From assembly GCA_964384365.1 (NCBI GenBank), contig CAYLKF010000001.1, positions 212,079 to 276,078 of the forward strand: 64,000 nucleotides of DNA. The letters are read 5' to 3'. The first letter of the stretch is position 1. The number at the start of each line of letters is the position of its first letter. Below the pieces are notes generated by a model, which was not told where the DNA came from, made no database searches, and saw nothing but the letters and a program-made list of their open reading frames with translations. Positions 16,694 through 26,631 of this stretch are shown here, in pieces. This DNA is from an uncultured Pseudomonadota bacterium (lineage in GTDB: Bacteria > UBA10199 > JADFYH01). A program made the position numbers and the translations under genes.

Positions 16694-17077
16694 TTAAAAA
16701 TGGTGAAAGTGCCGCTGAATTTTTTCTAGAAGAGCTTCGTTTTTGAAAGGCTTGAAAATAATTTCTTTCACTCCATCTCGAACCAATTTTTGTCTTTCAA
16801 TATCGTTCAAACTAAGTCCTGTAATAATTAAAACCGGAATATGCTTTGTATCCTCGTGCTTCTGGAGAGCTTTCAAAACCTCAGGTCCTTTGCCCACGGG
16901 AAGATTAAGATCGAGCAAGATCAAACCAGGCTGCTGTTTATGGGCATATTCAATCCCTCTTAAGCCTTCGTGAGCAATCGATACCGAATACCCACGCTGA
17001 TAGAGAAAAGATTCTAAAACAGCCGTGAGATCGGCATTATCATCGATAATCAAAACTTTAGATTGGCTAGTCATCAC
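16694..17077 (-). CDS. Single-domain response regulator (CheY-like receiver)
   Basis: VLIIDDNADL, phospho-acceptor in LILLDLNLP, conserved Lys in FKPF. Confidence 0.85.
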   Translation of the reverse strand: MMTSQSKVLIIDDNADLTAVLESFLYQRGYSVSIAHEGLRGIEYAHKQQPGLILLDLNLPVGKGPEVLKALQKHEDTKHIPVLIITGLSLNDIERQKLVRDGVKEIIFKPFKNEALLEKIQRHFHHF

Positions 17078-17428
17078 TCAACAAGCCTCCACTTCTTCTA
17101 ACTTCTCAAAAAAAATTTATTTTTGATCTTCTCATTCTACATTTTCTGCGCAGAAAAAAATAGAGGATTTCTAAGAAGAAATGTTTACATTTTTTAACAC
17201 TTCTTGAATCACAATTAACAAATCATTACGGATGACCGGTAATTTAATAAGGATAGCCTGAACAAATATCGGGCAAAACCAATTCAAAGCTTCTTCACCG
17301 CGAATAACTGCTTATAAACACACACAACCAAACAGAAACTCATCTCAATCGATTCTTAATGAGATCCATTTTAAAGTTTTACACTCCAATCAAAAACATC
17401 TATAATTTTTTCACCCAAGGGAGGGTTT

Positions 17429-17803
17429 ATGAAACTCAGTTTTATTTTAGTTCTCTTTTTATTTTTCGCTTTCACTGCTCAGGCTCAAGATAAACCCGCG
17501 AACGATGGCCCCTGCCGAGTAATGGAAATTCACTGCCAATGTGAAAATCCTCATCGAGATTTCATTGTCCCTAACCAAAAGGCGGGAAAATTTAACAGCA
17601 CCGAACCAGGTGTTTGTCAGTCTTCGAAAGATATTAACAATCTATTAAAAAGTCATCCTGACCTCTATTGTAGGAGAGGAAGCGATTACCAAAAAGACCC
17701 AACAAACAATGAAACAAACTGCACAAGCACTTGGCGCTGCAAAGTGCCCTGCACCATTGGGGAAATCGGAACACGCTACTCTAATCCTGCAAATGGATTT
17801 TAA
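17429..17803 (+). CDS. Small secreted Cys-rich protein (8 Cys), unknown function
   Basis: Signal peptide MKLSFILVLFLFFAFTAQA, RBS AAGGGAGGG, eight cysteines in about 100 mature residues. Confidence 0.6.
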   Translation: MKLSFILVLFLFFAFTAQAQDKPANDGPCRVMEIHCQCENPHRDFIVPNQKAGKFNSTEPGVCQSSKDINNLLKSHPDLYCRRGSDYQKDPTNNETNCTSTWRCKVPCTIGEIGTRYSNPANGF

Positions 17804-17845
17804 AGAACAAAAATACATTTTCTAAAAGTGTTTTCTCTCATTTCG

Positions 17846-19885
17846 TTATTCCATTTTGAAAACCGGCGTGCGAATCGGCGCAATCGTAAATCCAAAAGTG
17901 AAACTTTGACCCGGTGCCAGATTTTTCTGCCAACTGGGCAACTGCATCGTGGTTTGGTTTGCCGTTTTCGAAATCAAATCGACACTCCACGGCGAAAAAC
18001 CATTTCCTACATTCGCTGAAAATCGCAATCCGCTGAAGGTTGTAGATTTTGTCGTATTCTTGAGCACTGCCTTCATGTTGGCGCCACTCCAAGCTTCTCC
18101 CCTGCCCCACTCAGAATCGATTGAGAGCGTCAAGGTTAAGCCCGACGCAAGATTCTGCACCATTGATCCTTCTGTAGGATTCTGAGGGGGAGAAGGATCC
18201 GGTGCGGGGCTCGGAGCAGGGCTAGGTGGAGCAAGCTCTGTGGCGTTTTGCAAACTGAACGACGGCGTACTCAAAGGAGTCACTGTAAAACCAAAGGTAT
18301 AAGTTTCTCCAGGATCTAACGTGTTGTTGTAAGAGGGTAAACCTACCACGGTTTCAGAAGCGGTTTTCTGAACAGGATCCATACTCCAAATATTAATTCC
18401 ATTTCCTTGATTCGCTTTAATTTGAATTTGATTAAAAGTTTTGGAACTACTCATATTTTTAAGGGTGGCTTTATAAGTCGCTCCACTCCAGGGCTCCCCT
18501 TGGCCCCAAGAATTATCGACAACAAGTTGTAATTGAAAATCGGGCGAGATTGTTTGTGTTAAAGATCCGGGTGTTGGTGCAGGAGCAGGAGCTGGGCTGG
18601 GTGTTGGTGTTGGAGTTGGTGTTGGAGTCGGCGTTGGTGTAGGAGCGGGAGTAGGTGTTGGCGTAGGGCTTGGTGTGGGTGTAGGAGTGGGTGTAGGAGC
18701 AGGTGGAGGATTCCCATACAAAGTTTGAGAAACCAAAGAAGTTAAAGCATATTGATCATCGAGATCAATCGCCCAAATCATGGCTCCGCCCAGTTGTTTA
18801 TTCGTTAAATAATTCAATTTGCGGGTAATCGATTCCGAATCGTCGTAACTAATCCAATTTCCCCTTCCATCGTAGGCATAAGGCGTATCGGTATTTGAGT
18901 CCCACATACGCTGATATTGGCCACTATTCACGAGCTGCTCAATTTCATAATAAGCCATGAAACCGGCTTCTTGAGTGCAAGTGCCTCGCGGCGGATTCGG
19001 ACTCCACGGATTGGTGATCGTACTATTAGGCAGATTGGCCGAAGCGCTGCCAAAGCTTCTTCCATAAAACGGAATTCCTAAAATCAATTTCGACGAAGGC
19101 ACTCCCGCGTTGAGATAAAGATTCACAGTATAATCGATGTAAAAATGCCCATTGGGCACGGAGTCGTGCATCAAGGGCGAGTTGACTCCCGTTTTTGAAT
19201 CCCAACTTCCATGAAAATCGTAAGTCATGAGATTGATAAAATCGAGATAAGGATGAATCAAAGAAAGCTCGTAATTGGCAATGTGCGCTTCGCCCGCAGG
19301 AGCTGCGATTGTAAGCAAAAGCTTTTCTTTTCCGGCAGGAACCCGCTCGGCATCAATGGCTTGCCGAAATTCTTTGAGCAAGGCCGTAAAATTTTTCTTA
19401 TCTTGAGAAGTTCCAGAATGCTCTGCGAATCCGGGGTATTCCCAATCGAGATCAATTCCATCAAATCCGTAAGTTCGGGCATAAGTCATGGCTGAATTAA
19501 TAAAAGTTGCCCGCCGAGCAGAGCTTGAAGCCATCGCAGGAAAGGCATCACTTAAAGTCCAGCCCCCAATTGAAATCAAAGTTTTTAAATGGGGATACTG
19601 TTGTTTGAGGCTATTCAACTGCTCATACAAACCCGGAGAACCGCTGCTGATGTCATTCCACTCAACGGGTTGCACTTGATCACCCGCTCCAATTTTTGCA
19701 AAGGCATAATTGATATGCGTAAAATATTCGGGCCGGACATTGGCAGGAGTGAACTTGCATTGACCCGGCCGGTATTGAGCCCAATTGGTGAAATAGCCAA
19801 CAACTCGTGGAGTGGTATCGGCTCGCACTTCCAGAGAGAAGGCTAAAAGGAGAAATCCCAAAATCAACCGACTCAAGGCTTTCAT
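17846..19885 (-). CDS. Secreted GH18 chitinase with Pro/Thr linkers and two C-terminal CBM2-like modules
   Basis: Signal peptide, catalytic motif [11 protein letters not shown], long PT-repeat linker, two about 100-aa Trp-containing modules ([11 protein letters not shown]... and [11 protein letters not shown]...). Confidence 0.88.
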   Translation of the reverse strand: MKALSRLILGFLLLAFSLEVRADTTPRVVGYFTNWAQYRPGQCKFTPANVRPEYFTHINYAFAKIGAGDQVQPVEWNDISSGSPGLYEQLNSLKQQYPHLKTLISIGGWTLSDAFPAMASSSARRATFINSAMTYARTYGFDGIDLDWEYPGFAEHSGTSQDKKNFTALLKEFRQAIDAERVPAGKEKLLLTIAAPAGEAHIANYELSLIHPYLDFINLMTYDFHGSWDSKTGVNSPLMHDSVPNGHFYIDYTVNLYLNAGVPSSKLILGIPFYGRSFGSASANLPNSTITNPWSPNPPRGTCTQEAGFMAYYEIEQLVNSGQYQRMWDSNTDTPYAYDGRGNWISYDDSESITRKLNYLTNKQLGGAMIWAIDLDDQYALTSLVSQTLYGNPPPAPTPTPTPTPSPTPTPTPAPTPTPTPTPTPTPTPSPAPAPAPTPGSLTQTISPDFQLQLVVDNSWGQGEPWSGATYKATLKNMSSSKTFNQIQIKANQGNGINIWSMDPVQKTASETVVGLPSYNNTLDPGETYTFGFTVTPLSTPSFSLQNATELAPPSPAPSPAPDPSPPQNPTEGSMVQNLASGLTLTLSIDSEWGRGEAWSGANMKAVLKNTTKSTTFSGLRFSANVGNGFSPWSVDLISKTANQTTMQLPSWQKNLAPGQSFTFGFTIAPIRTPVFKME

Positions 19886-20046
19886 AAATCCCTCCTGGTT
19901 TACCCTCCCCCGCTCCCAAATAAAAAAGGATGGGGGAAAGGGTCGAATTTTTATTCTTAATTTTTTAAGACGATAGGCGGTGAGTTTAGTTTTTTGACTC
20001 GTTTAAGCAGCTTTAACGAAGTTTAGGCAGAAGTAGTAAAATAAAA

Positions 20047-20085
20047 ATCCGGCCTCTGATTTTTTCTCTTTTCGAGAGGCCGGAT
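20047..20085 (-). terminator. Intrinsic terminator downstream of the small membrane-protein gene
   Basis: 11-bp stem ATCCGGCCTCT / AGAGGCCGGAT with U-rich tract on the minus strand. Confidence 0.7.
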
Positions 20086-20161
20086 ATAAAAAACCCCTTT
20101 CACTGAACTGGCAGCGAAACAAACCAAAAATGATTTAGGCGTTTGATTCGAAGACTAAATC

Positions 20162-20404
20162 TTACGCACTAAATCGATTATAAAAATAGGCAAAGAGTGC
20201 TCCGCCAATCAAACCATCGACAAAGCCCCAAACCGCGCCAATGAATGCACCGACGGGTCCTGGAGCATAGCCGTGATAAATGGAAGCCATCACTTCAACC
20301 ACGTGGCCGCCGAATCCATAGTGAGCGGTGATTCCCGTCACAAACATGGAAAGCGCCCAGACGACTCCCATGGCAAGCGCCATGCCTTTTATAGAGAATT
20401 TCAT
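20162..20404 (-). CDS. Small Gly-rich integral membrane protein
   Basis: Start set at ATG 20404 (AAGGAGGG upstream) rather than the track start at 20506; two predicted TM helices. Confidence 0.5.
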   Translation of the reverse strand: MKFSIKGMALAMGVVWALSMFVTGITAHYGFGGHVVEVMASIYHGYAPGPVGAFIGAVWGFVDGLIGGALFAYFYNRFSA

Positions 20405-20583
20405 ATTCCCTCCTTCTTTCTGCCCCGTGCTTGTTTTCAATTCTTCAACAGAAGAATCAAAAGCCCGCACGCCCTCTATTTTCGCTCTTTTCATGGTGAT
20501 TGTCAAAGCAACCTCTAACGCCCTGCGTCGAACGTGTCGGCCGCAAACAACGTATTTATAGATATTTGTTGGCGATTTAGTTT

Positions 20584-21969
20584 TTAAGAAGAGCGTGTAT
20601 ACGGAAAAAGATGGAGAAGTTTTTCAATTTCAGAAGGATTCAAAATTTGGTGTTTTTTCAAAACCTCGCGGAGATTTTTTTTTGTGCGAACCACCTCTTT
20701 TACAATCTCTGCAGTTTTTGCATACCCAATTCGGGGCGCTAAAACCGTAGCAATCGAGGCGCTACTTTCGGCATAAAATAAACACCGATCGTCATTCGCT
20801 TCAATTCCCCGCACACAACGTTCCCCAAAAACCTTCAAAGAATTCGATAAAAGATTGAGCGACCACGGCAAAGAATACGCCACCAAAGGCAACATCACGT
20901 TGAGTTCAAGTTGCCCCGCTTGCGAAGCCAAAGCGATCGACTCGTCTAAACCTAAAACAAAAAAGCAGACCATATCGAGCATCTCGGCCATCACCGGATT
21001 CACTTTTCCTGGCATAATCGATGAACCCGGCTGAAGGGCTGGAAGCATAATCTCGGCAATCCCCGTATTGGGCCCACTGGAGAGGAGGCGTAAATCATTG
21101 GCAATCCGAATTAAATCTAAACTTAAATTCCTCAAACTATTCGATAAATTCACAAAAGGAGCAAAACTCTGCATGGCTTCGAATAAATTTGGAGAAGCTC
21201 TCAAAGGTTCGTGCGTCAGTTTTTTGAGCGCCGCAATTACTTTTTTCTGATAATGGGGGTGAGTGTTAATGCCAGTGCCCACCGCACTTCCGCCTAAGCC
21301 AATCTTGAGTAAATCTTTTTTTGCCTCTTGAATTCTCGAGAGATGATCTTTCAAACATTGGGCATAAGCTGAAAATTCTTGGCCCAAGCGAATTGGCGTT
21401 GCATCTTGAAGATGGGTTCGCCCCGATTTGAGGACACGATTAAAAGTTTTCGCTTTTTTCTGAAAAACTAAAACAAGCGAATGAAGAATCGGTAAAAACT
21501 CTTTTAATCCGCGTAAAGCCGCTAAACGAATGGCTGTGGGAATTACATCGTTGGTCGATTGACACCGATTCACATGATCGTTGGGGTGAACCGGTTTGTA
21601 AGCTCCCTTCGGCTGGCCCAAGAGTTCATTCGCCCGATTCGCAAGCACCTCATTCACATTCATATTATGACTGGTGCCCGCTCCCGCCTGAAAAACATCC
21701 ACCACAAATTGATCGCGAAATTTTCCAGCGAGGATTTCGTCGCAAACTTTTACAATCGCCTTCGCTATTTTCGGAGAAATTAATTTGAGTTCTGAATTTG
21801 TCAGGGCCGCCGCTTTTTTAATGAGGATAGTCGCTTCTAAAAAATGAGCGTGTGCTCGCCAGCCACTGATTGGAAAATTCTCGAGGGCCCGCGCGGTTTG
21901 AATTCCGTAATAAACCTCTGCAGGGATTTTTTTAGAGCCTAAAGCATCTTTTTCAAGGCGGCAGGGCAT
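20584..21969 (-). CDS. aspA: Aspartate ammonia-lyase / class II fumarase family enzyme
   Basis: Signature GSSIMPGKVNPV; the N-terminus YYGIQTARALENF resembles aspartase more than FumC. Confidence 0.75.
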   Translation of the reverse strand: MPCRLEKDALGSKKIPAEVYYGIQTARALENFPISGWRAHAHFLEATILIKKAAALTNSELKLISPKIAKAIVKVCDEILAGKFRDQFVVDVFQAGAGTSHNMNVNEVLANRANELLGQPKGAYKPVHPNDHVNRCQSTNDVIPTAIRLAALRGLKEFLPILHSLVLVFQKKAKTFNRVLKSGRTHLQDATPIRLGQEFSAYAQCLKDHLSRIQEAKKDLLKIGLGGSAVGTGINTHPHYQKKVIAALKKLTHEPLRASPNLFEAMQSFAPFVNLSNSLRNLSLDLIRIANDLRLLSSGPNTGIAEIMLPALQPGSSIMPGKVNPVMAEMLDMVCFFVLGLDESIALASQAGQLELNVMLPLVAYSLPWSLNLLSNSLKVFGERCVRGIEANDDRCLFYAESSASIATVLAPRIGYAKTAEIVKEVVRTKKNLREVLKKHQILNPSEIEKLLHLFPYTRSS

Positions 21970-22051
21970 GTTTTGATCATACGCTTTTCTTAAAGGTAAA
22001 TCTTCTCTTTTTGTTTGTCAGAAATCCCCAAAAAAGTTAACCCTCACAACA

Positions 22052-23290
22052 ATGAGCTCCATTTTGAGCACCTATTTTAATCGCCGTATCTTAACGGTAC
22101 TTCTTCTCTCATTTTCTTCGGGTCTTCCCTTAGCCATGGTGGGCGGCACTTTGCAAGCCTGGCTCGCCACCGAAAAGGTCGATATTCGAACCATCGGATG
22201 GTTCACCTTGGTTGGGCTACCTTACACCTGGAAATTTCTTTGGTCTCCTTTTTTTGATCGCTATGTAAGCCGTTTCTTAGGCCCGCGTCGTGGCTGGATT
22301 TTAGTCTTACAACTTTTATTGATGGTAGGAATTGCAGGCATGGGCTTGTTAAGCCCTCATTCCCATATTCAAATTTTGGCGCTCGTCGCTATCGGCGTCG
22401 CTTTCTTAAGCGCGAGCCAAGATATCGTCATTGACGCCTACCGGGTAGAAGTGCTCCGCCCCAATGAACGAGGTTCTGGCGCAGGAGTCACTAATTTAGG
22501 CGCTCGCGTTGCCTTACTTTTATCAGGCGCGGGGGCCCTGATTCTATCGGATCATCTTCCGTGGAATACGGTCTATTTATTGATGGCGACCTGCTTAATC
22601 TTAGGAATGGTCGCCACTTTCTTTGGCCCCGAACCCGAACGCGTCATTAAACATCCCACTTCTTTGAAAGATGCCGTGGTGGATCCTTTTCTCGATTTTT
22701 TCAAGCGCAAGGATGCCATCGCCATGCTCTTTTTTGTCATCCTTTATAAATTTGGGGATGCTTTTTCGATGGCCTTGGCCACTCCTTTTCTGCTCGATGT
22801 GGGCTTCACAAAAACCCAAATCGGTGTGGCTTTTAAAGGGGTGGGAATGGGTGCGACCATCGTCGGCGCTTTAGGTGGCGGAGCAATCATCGCTCGAATC
22901 GGCCTTAATCGTTCGCTTTGGATTTTTGGCGTACTCCAAGCCCTCTCCAATATTGGTTTTATTGTCTTAAGCTCGGTGGGAAATAGTTTCCCTTTATTAT
23001 TGACGGTGATGGGCATTGATAACATCTGCGCAGGATTAGGAAGCGCCGCCTTCTTGGCCTTTTTGATGTCGGCTTGTAATGTGCGTTATACCGCAACCCA
23101 ATATGCGTTGCTTTCCAGCGTGATGGCGATTGCAAGAACCTTTGTGGGCCCTCCGGCCGGATATGTAGTTAAAGCCTACGGCTGGCCCACCTTCTTTTTA
23201 ATTAGTATGGTCTTGGCAATCCCCAGCCTCATGCTCTTGCACCGCTTTGCCCCCTGGGGAAAATCCGACAAACAAATTGCAGAAGTTTGA
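22052..23290 (+). CDS. ampG: AmpG-family muropeptide MFS transporter
   Basis: Multi-TM protein with an AmpG-like N-terminus (LLSFSSGLPLAMVGGTLQAWL). Confidence 0.8.
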   Translation: MSSILSTYFNRRILTVLLLSFSSGLPLAMVGGTLQAWLATEKVDIRTIGWFTLVGLPYTWKFLWSPFFDRYVSRFLGPRRGWILVLQLLLMVGIAGMGLLSPHSHIQILALVAIGVAFLSASQDIVIDAYRVEVLRPNERGSGAGVTNLGARVALLLSGAGALILSDHLPWNTVYLLMATCLILGMVATFFGPEPERVIKHPTSLKDAVVDPFLDFFKRKDAIAMLFFVILYKFGDAFSMALATPFLLDVGFTKTQIGVAFKGVGMGATIVGALGGGAIIARIGLNRSLWIFGVLQALSNIGFIVLSSVGNSFPLLLTVMGIDNICAGLGSAAFLAFLMSACNVRYTATQYALLSSVMAIARTFVGPPAGYVVKAYGWPTFFLISMVLAIPSLMLLHRFAPWGKSDKQIAEV

Positions 23291-23326
23291 GCAACTTAAA
23301 CGAAAACTTAAACCGATAAAGGAATT

Positions 23327-24883
23327 ATGAAGAAAAATTTCATCTTTCTGTTTTGTGCCCTTTTCTTATTTTCTTGCAACAGCACCGATAATAATTCTTC
23401 TGAAAATTCTGCGGGAACCCCCAACAATACAACGCCCGCTTGCCAAAATAATAGTTTGGCTGCTTTTCCGGGTGCTGAGGGTTTTGGATCATGTGCAAGC
23501 GGAGGCCGGGGCGGGCAAGTTTTATACGTCACCAACTTAGAGGCTGATCCGCGAGGAGAAATTCCGGGTTCGCTTCAATGGGCGCTCAATCAACCGGGCA
23601 GACGCTATATCCTCTTTAAAGTAAGTGGCACCATCAACGGAACGGTAGAGCTCAAACAAGGTGATGTGACAATTGCCGGACAAACATCCCCCCAAGGTAT
23701 TATTGTGCGAGGCCTTGATATTCAAGGGGATCAAGTCTGCGAGGCAGATAATTGCCCTCTTCCCTCGGTTTATCCCCAAAATTTTATTGTGAGACACTTA
23801 AGATCGCGCATTGAAGGAGGCCCTGGTTCTCCCGGCTTTTTAGATGAAGATTCGCTTCGTCTTCATCATGCCGTCAACGGCATCATTGATCATTTTTCGG
23901 CGGAAAATGCGAGCGATGAGGCCATGCAGATTTCTTTTTCTCGCGATATCACCATTCAAAATAGCATCTTGGCAGAAACGATTGGAGATCACGCCCGCTA
24001 CGGAGGAATGCTCATTAATTATTCCGATCCTCCACGGGGTTTTCCACTCGATCGCTTATCGATTCATCATAATCTCTGGAATCGAATTGTCGGACGCTTG
24101 CCTGAAATCTCACGCGATAACTCTGCCTCGAATGGGAGCACCCTCGAGATTGAAGTCTCCAATAATCTTGTTTGGGATCCGGGTGTTTATATAGAACTCG
24201 CCCTGCATCAGCCCGAAAATGCCTCGGCTTTATTGTTTTATCACTTGAATGTCATCGGAAACCTTTTCTTCGCTCGAGCAGTGAATAGCGACGCTTTAGG
24301 AAATTTCACTTATGGTTTAATGGATTCCAGTTTTCTGCAAGATCTGCCTGCGACGCATCCCACCACCACTTATTTTTCAGACAATATCATTAATCTCTAC
24401 CCGGATCGTCGGGACTACCAACTTCTCTATCGCAACAATGATTATCCGACTACGCTCAGCGATGCGGCAGCATTACCTTATCCAGATGCTTCTCATCTGC
24501 CTTCTTTTGCAAGGTCCACTCGACATAATTTCCCTGCAATCACCTACACGCCTTCTACAGGGCTTCGCGCTTACATGCTCGCTCAAGCCGGTGCCTTTCC
24601 GCGTGATGCCATGGATCTCCGCTTAATGGATTTCGTGAATCGCCAAACCTTTGATACCAATCCCCGAAATCTCAATCTGCGCCGCGATGCCTTCTTAATT
24701 CCAAATTCGACGACTGGCGCTCCGGTCGATAGCGATAACGACGGCATGCCGGATGATTGGGAAAGAGCCAGAGGATTGAATCCGAGTGTGCAAGACCACA
24801 ACGGTACTCAACTCTCACCCCAAGGTTATACCAATTTAGAAGTTTATTTAAACGAGCTGGCCAATAATCGTTTGGGGAGTTAA
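23327..24883 (+). CDS. Lipoprotein with pectate-lyase-like beta-helix domain
   Basis: Lipobox LFSC, pectate-lyase-like motifs IIDHFSAENASDEAMQIS and SIHHNLWNRIVGRLPEISR, Asp-rich C-terminus. Confidence 0.6.
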   Translation: MKKNFIFLFCALFLFSCNSTDNNSSENSAGTPNNTTPACQNNSLAAFPGAEGFGSCASGGRGGQVLYVTNLEADPRGEIPGSLQWALNQPGRRYILFKVSGTINGTVELKQGDVTIAGQTSPQGIIVRGLDIQGDQVCEADNCPLPSVYPQNFIVRHLRSRIEGGPGSPGFLDEDSLRLHHAVNGIIDHFSAENASDEAMQISFSRDITIQNSILAETIGDHARYGGMLINYSDPPRGFPLDRLSIHHNLWNRIVGRLPEISRDNSASNGSTLEIEVSNNLVWDPGVYIELALHQPENASALLFYHLNVIGNLFFARAVNSDALGNFTYGLMDSSFLQDLPATHPTTTYFSDNIINLYPDRRDYQLLYRNNDYPTTLSDAAALPYPDASHLPSFARSTRHNFPAITYTPSTGLRAYMLAQAGAFPRDAMDLRLMDFVNRQTFDTNPRNLNLRRDAFLIPNSTTGAPVDSDNDGMPDDWERARGLNPSVQDHNGTQLSPQGYTNLEVYLNELANNRLGS

Positions 24884-24954
24884 TTTAATCAATCGGATTA
24901 TCCCTCAAAAAGTTCCAAGTGCAAGGCGGTGTAGGCAGGAGGCGACCAAACGCA

Positions 24955-25983
24955 CTAATACGTCTTACCTTCCATTTCTTTATTCAACTCGTTTCCCTTT
25001 TCCTCTTCTTTCAACTGAGGCAAGCTTTCGGGTGCAGTCGGTTTGGTGTAGAAAACGTAATGCAATAATTTTCCGGCAAAGAAATTGCGGAGCTCGCGCG
25101 GCGTGTTCCACTCGTTGATATTTCCGAAATGATCGGCGATGGAAACCGAATCTAAAGTAAGCTCTAGGGTGCGAGAACGTAAATCAGGTTGAGCCCGTGA
25201 AAAATAAAGGGAACAATCGTAATATAAATTTTTCACCCGAGGACGACACTTGGCTTGAGGAATTCCCACCAAGTTTCCATCGACCGTTGCCTTAAAAAAA
25301 ATCTGGAGCGAATCGGGTTTGATTCCTGAAATAAGATCCGTTGTAATCACCCGAAAGCGAATTTTAACCCAGGCACGGTTCCAGTCAAAATGGATGGGCT
25401 CAACCAGCGGCGTATAGGTCACAATTTTTTCAAGAATAGGCGGAAATTTATCTAAACTGGGAGAAGAAATTTCAATCAATCCTACCGGATCTAAATTTTC
25501 GAGTTCATCGCGGTAAGAAACCGCATTCCGAGAAGTTTGAATTAAGTCGAGCTCAATCAATTTATATTTTCCAGGCGGGATTTCAGGCGGAACCTGGACT
25601 GTGCCGATATAGCACCCTTGGCCATCGGGTTGAATCACCACACTTCGAAGCTTGGTTACTCCCACGAGACGGCTGGGCGGCTCTCCTCCCTCCAAAGTAA
25701 TCTCGATTTGGCGAAGAAAACGACGCGTTCGGGCAAAGCGCTCATCTTTTGGATTCAATTTCAAACAAAAATAGGCTTTATCGCGCTCCCCTAAATGAAC
25801 CGACTCCCCTTTATAATTCGGTTTTTTCTTATCGAGAAAAAAAGAAAGACTCCCTAAATTTACAGGAACGTAAGGAGGAGGTAAGCTGACTTGACTCTCT
25901 GCGCTCGGCTGAGAGCCAGGAGCATCTGCCCAAGCAGAGCCCATACAAACAAAACTAAAAATTAAGAAAAATAAAAAGCGCAT
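24955..25983 (-). CDS. Secreted hypothetical protein
   Basis: Signal peptide MRFLFFLIFSFVCMGSAWA; no motif recognised. Confidence 0.55.
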   Translation of the reverse strand: MRFLFFLIFSFVCMGSAWADAPGSQPSAESQVSLPPPYVPVNLGSLSFFLDKKKPNYKGESVHLGERDKAYFCLKLNPKDERFARTRRFLRQIEITLEGGEPPSRLVGVTKLRSVVIQPDGQGCYIGTVQVPPEIPPGKYKLIELDLIQTSRNAVSYRDELENLDPVGLIEISSPSLDKFPPILEKIVTYTPLVEPIHFDWNRAWVKIRFRVITTDLISGIKPDSLQIFFKATVDGNLVGIPQAKCRPRVKNLYYDCSLYFSRAQPDLRSRTLELTLDSVSIADHFGNINEWNTPRELRNFFAGKLLHYVFYTKPTAPESLPQLKEEEKGNELNKEMEGKTY

Positions 25984-25991
25984 CGGTAATT

Positions 25992-26420
25992 TTATATTGG
26001 TTTAAAAATAACAAGTAAGACCGCCGCAATCAAAATCAAAGCGGGAAATTCATTAATAAATCGGCACGCCTTCTCCGATAAAAAGAAATTTCCCTTCTTA
26101 AAGCGCTTATGGGTAATGCCTGCAAAAATTTGATACCCCAAGAGAAGGGCTACCAAGCTCAACTTCATGTGCAACCATTTCTGCGCCCACAAACTCGGAT
26201 TCAACCAAATCATTCCGAAGCCAAATAAAAAAGTAAGGGCCATGGCCGGATGCATAATCGCATAAAGCAATTTTCTTTCCATCAAACTGTAGGCTTCTCG
26301 AAGCTTAGGCTCTTCTCGAAATTTCACATGATAAACAAAAAGACGAAAAATATAGAAGAGACCCGCAAACCAAGCCACCATGAAAATAATATGGAATGCT
26401 TTAAACCAAAGATAAGGCAT
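25992..26420 (-). CDS. hemJ: Protoporphyrinogen IX oxidase HemJ family membrane protein
   Basis: N-terminus MPYLWFKAFHIIFMVAWFAGLFYIFRLFVYH matches the HemJ pattern; start moved to the first ATG (26420). Confidence 0.75.
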   Translation of the reverse strand: MPYLWFKAFHIIFMVAWFAGLFYIFRLFVYHVKFREEPKLREAYSLMERKLLYAIMHPAMALTFLFGFGMIWLNPSLWAQKWLHMKLSLVALLLGYQIFAGITHKRFKKGNFFLSEKACRFINEFPALILIAAVLLVIFKPI

Positions 26421-26631
26421 AAAGAGGGCCCTAACAGACGATTTGAATGGATGCAATCCTACTTTTCTTTCTCTAAGGATTGGCTTAGAGAAATTTAATA
26501 GTCTGCATTTCTAAAATGGATGTCATCTCGAGTCCCGCGTGGCGGAACGAAAGATCCAGTATTTTCTCAATTCAGCAAACCAGATCTCTCACTTCGTTCG
26601 AGATGACACCCCAAGAAATTACTAAAATAGT

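Noticed and set aside
16701-16730. Partial match to the AAAGTGCTGAATT repeat block near the response-regulator stop
   Set aside because: Only one block is present, with an insertion, and it lies inside coding sequence; likely chance.
18560-18720. Short tandem repeats that might suggest a CRISPR array
   Set aside because: They lie inside the chitinase reading frame and encode a Pro/Thr linker; there are no spacer-sized unique inserts and no cas genes.
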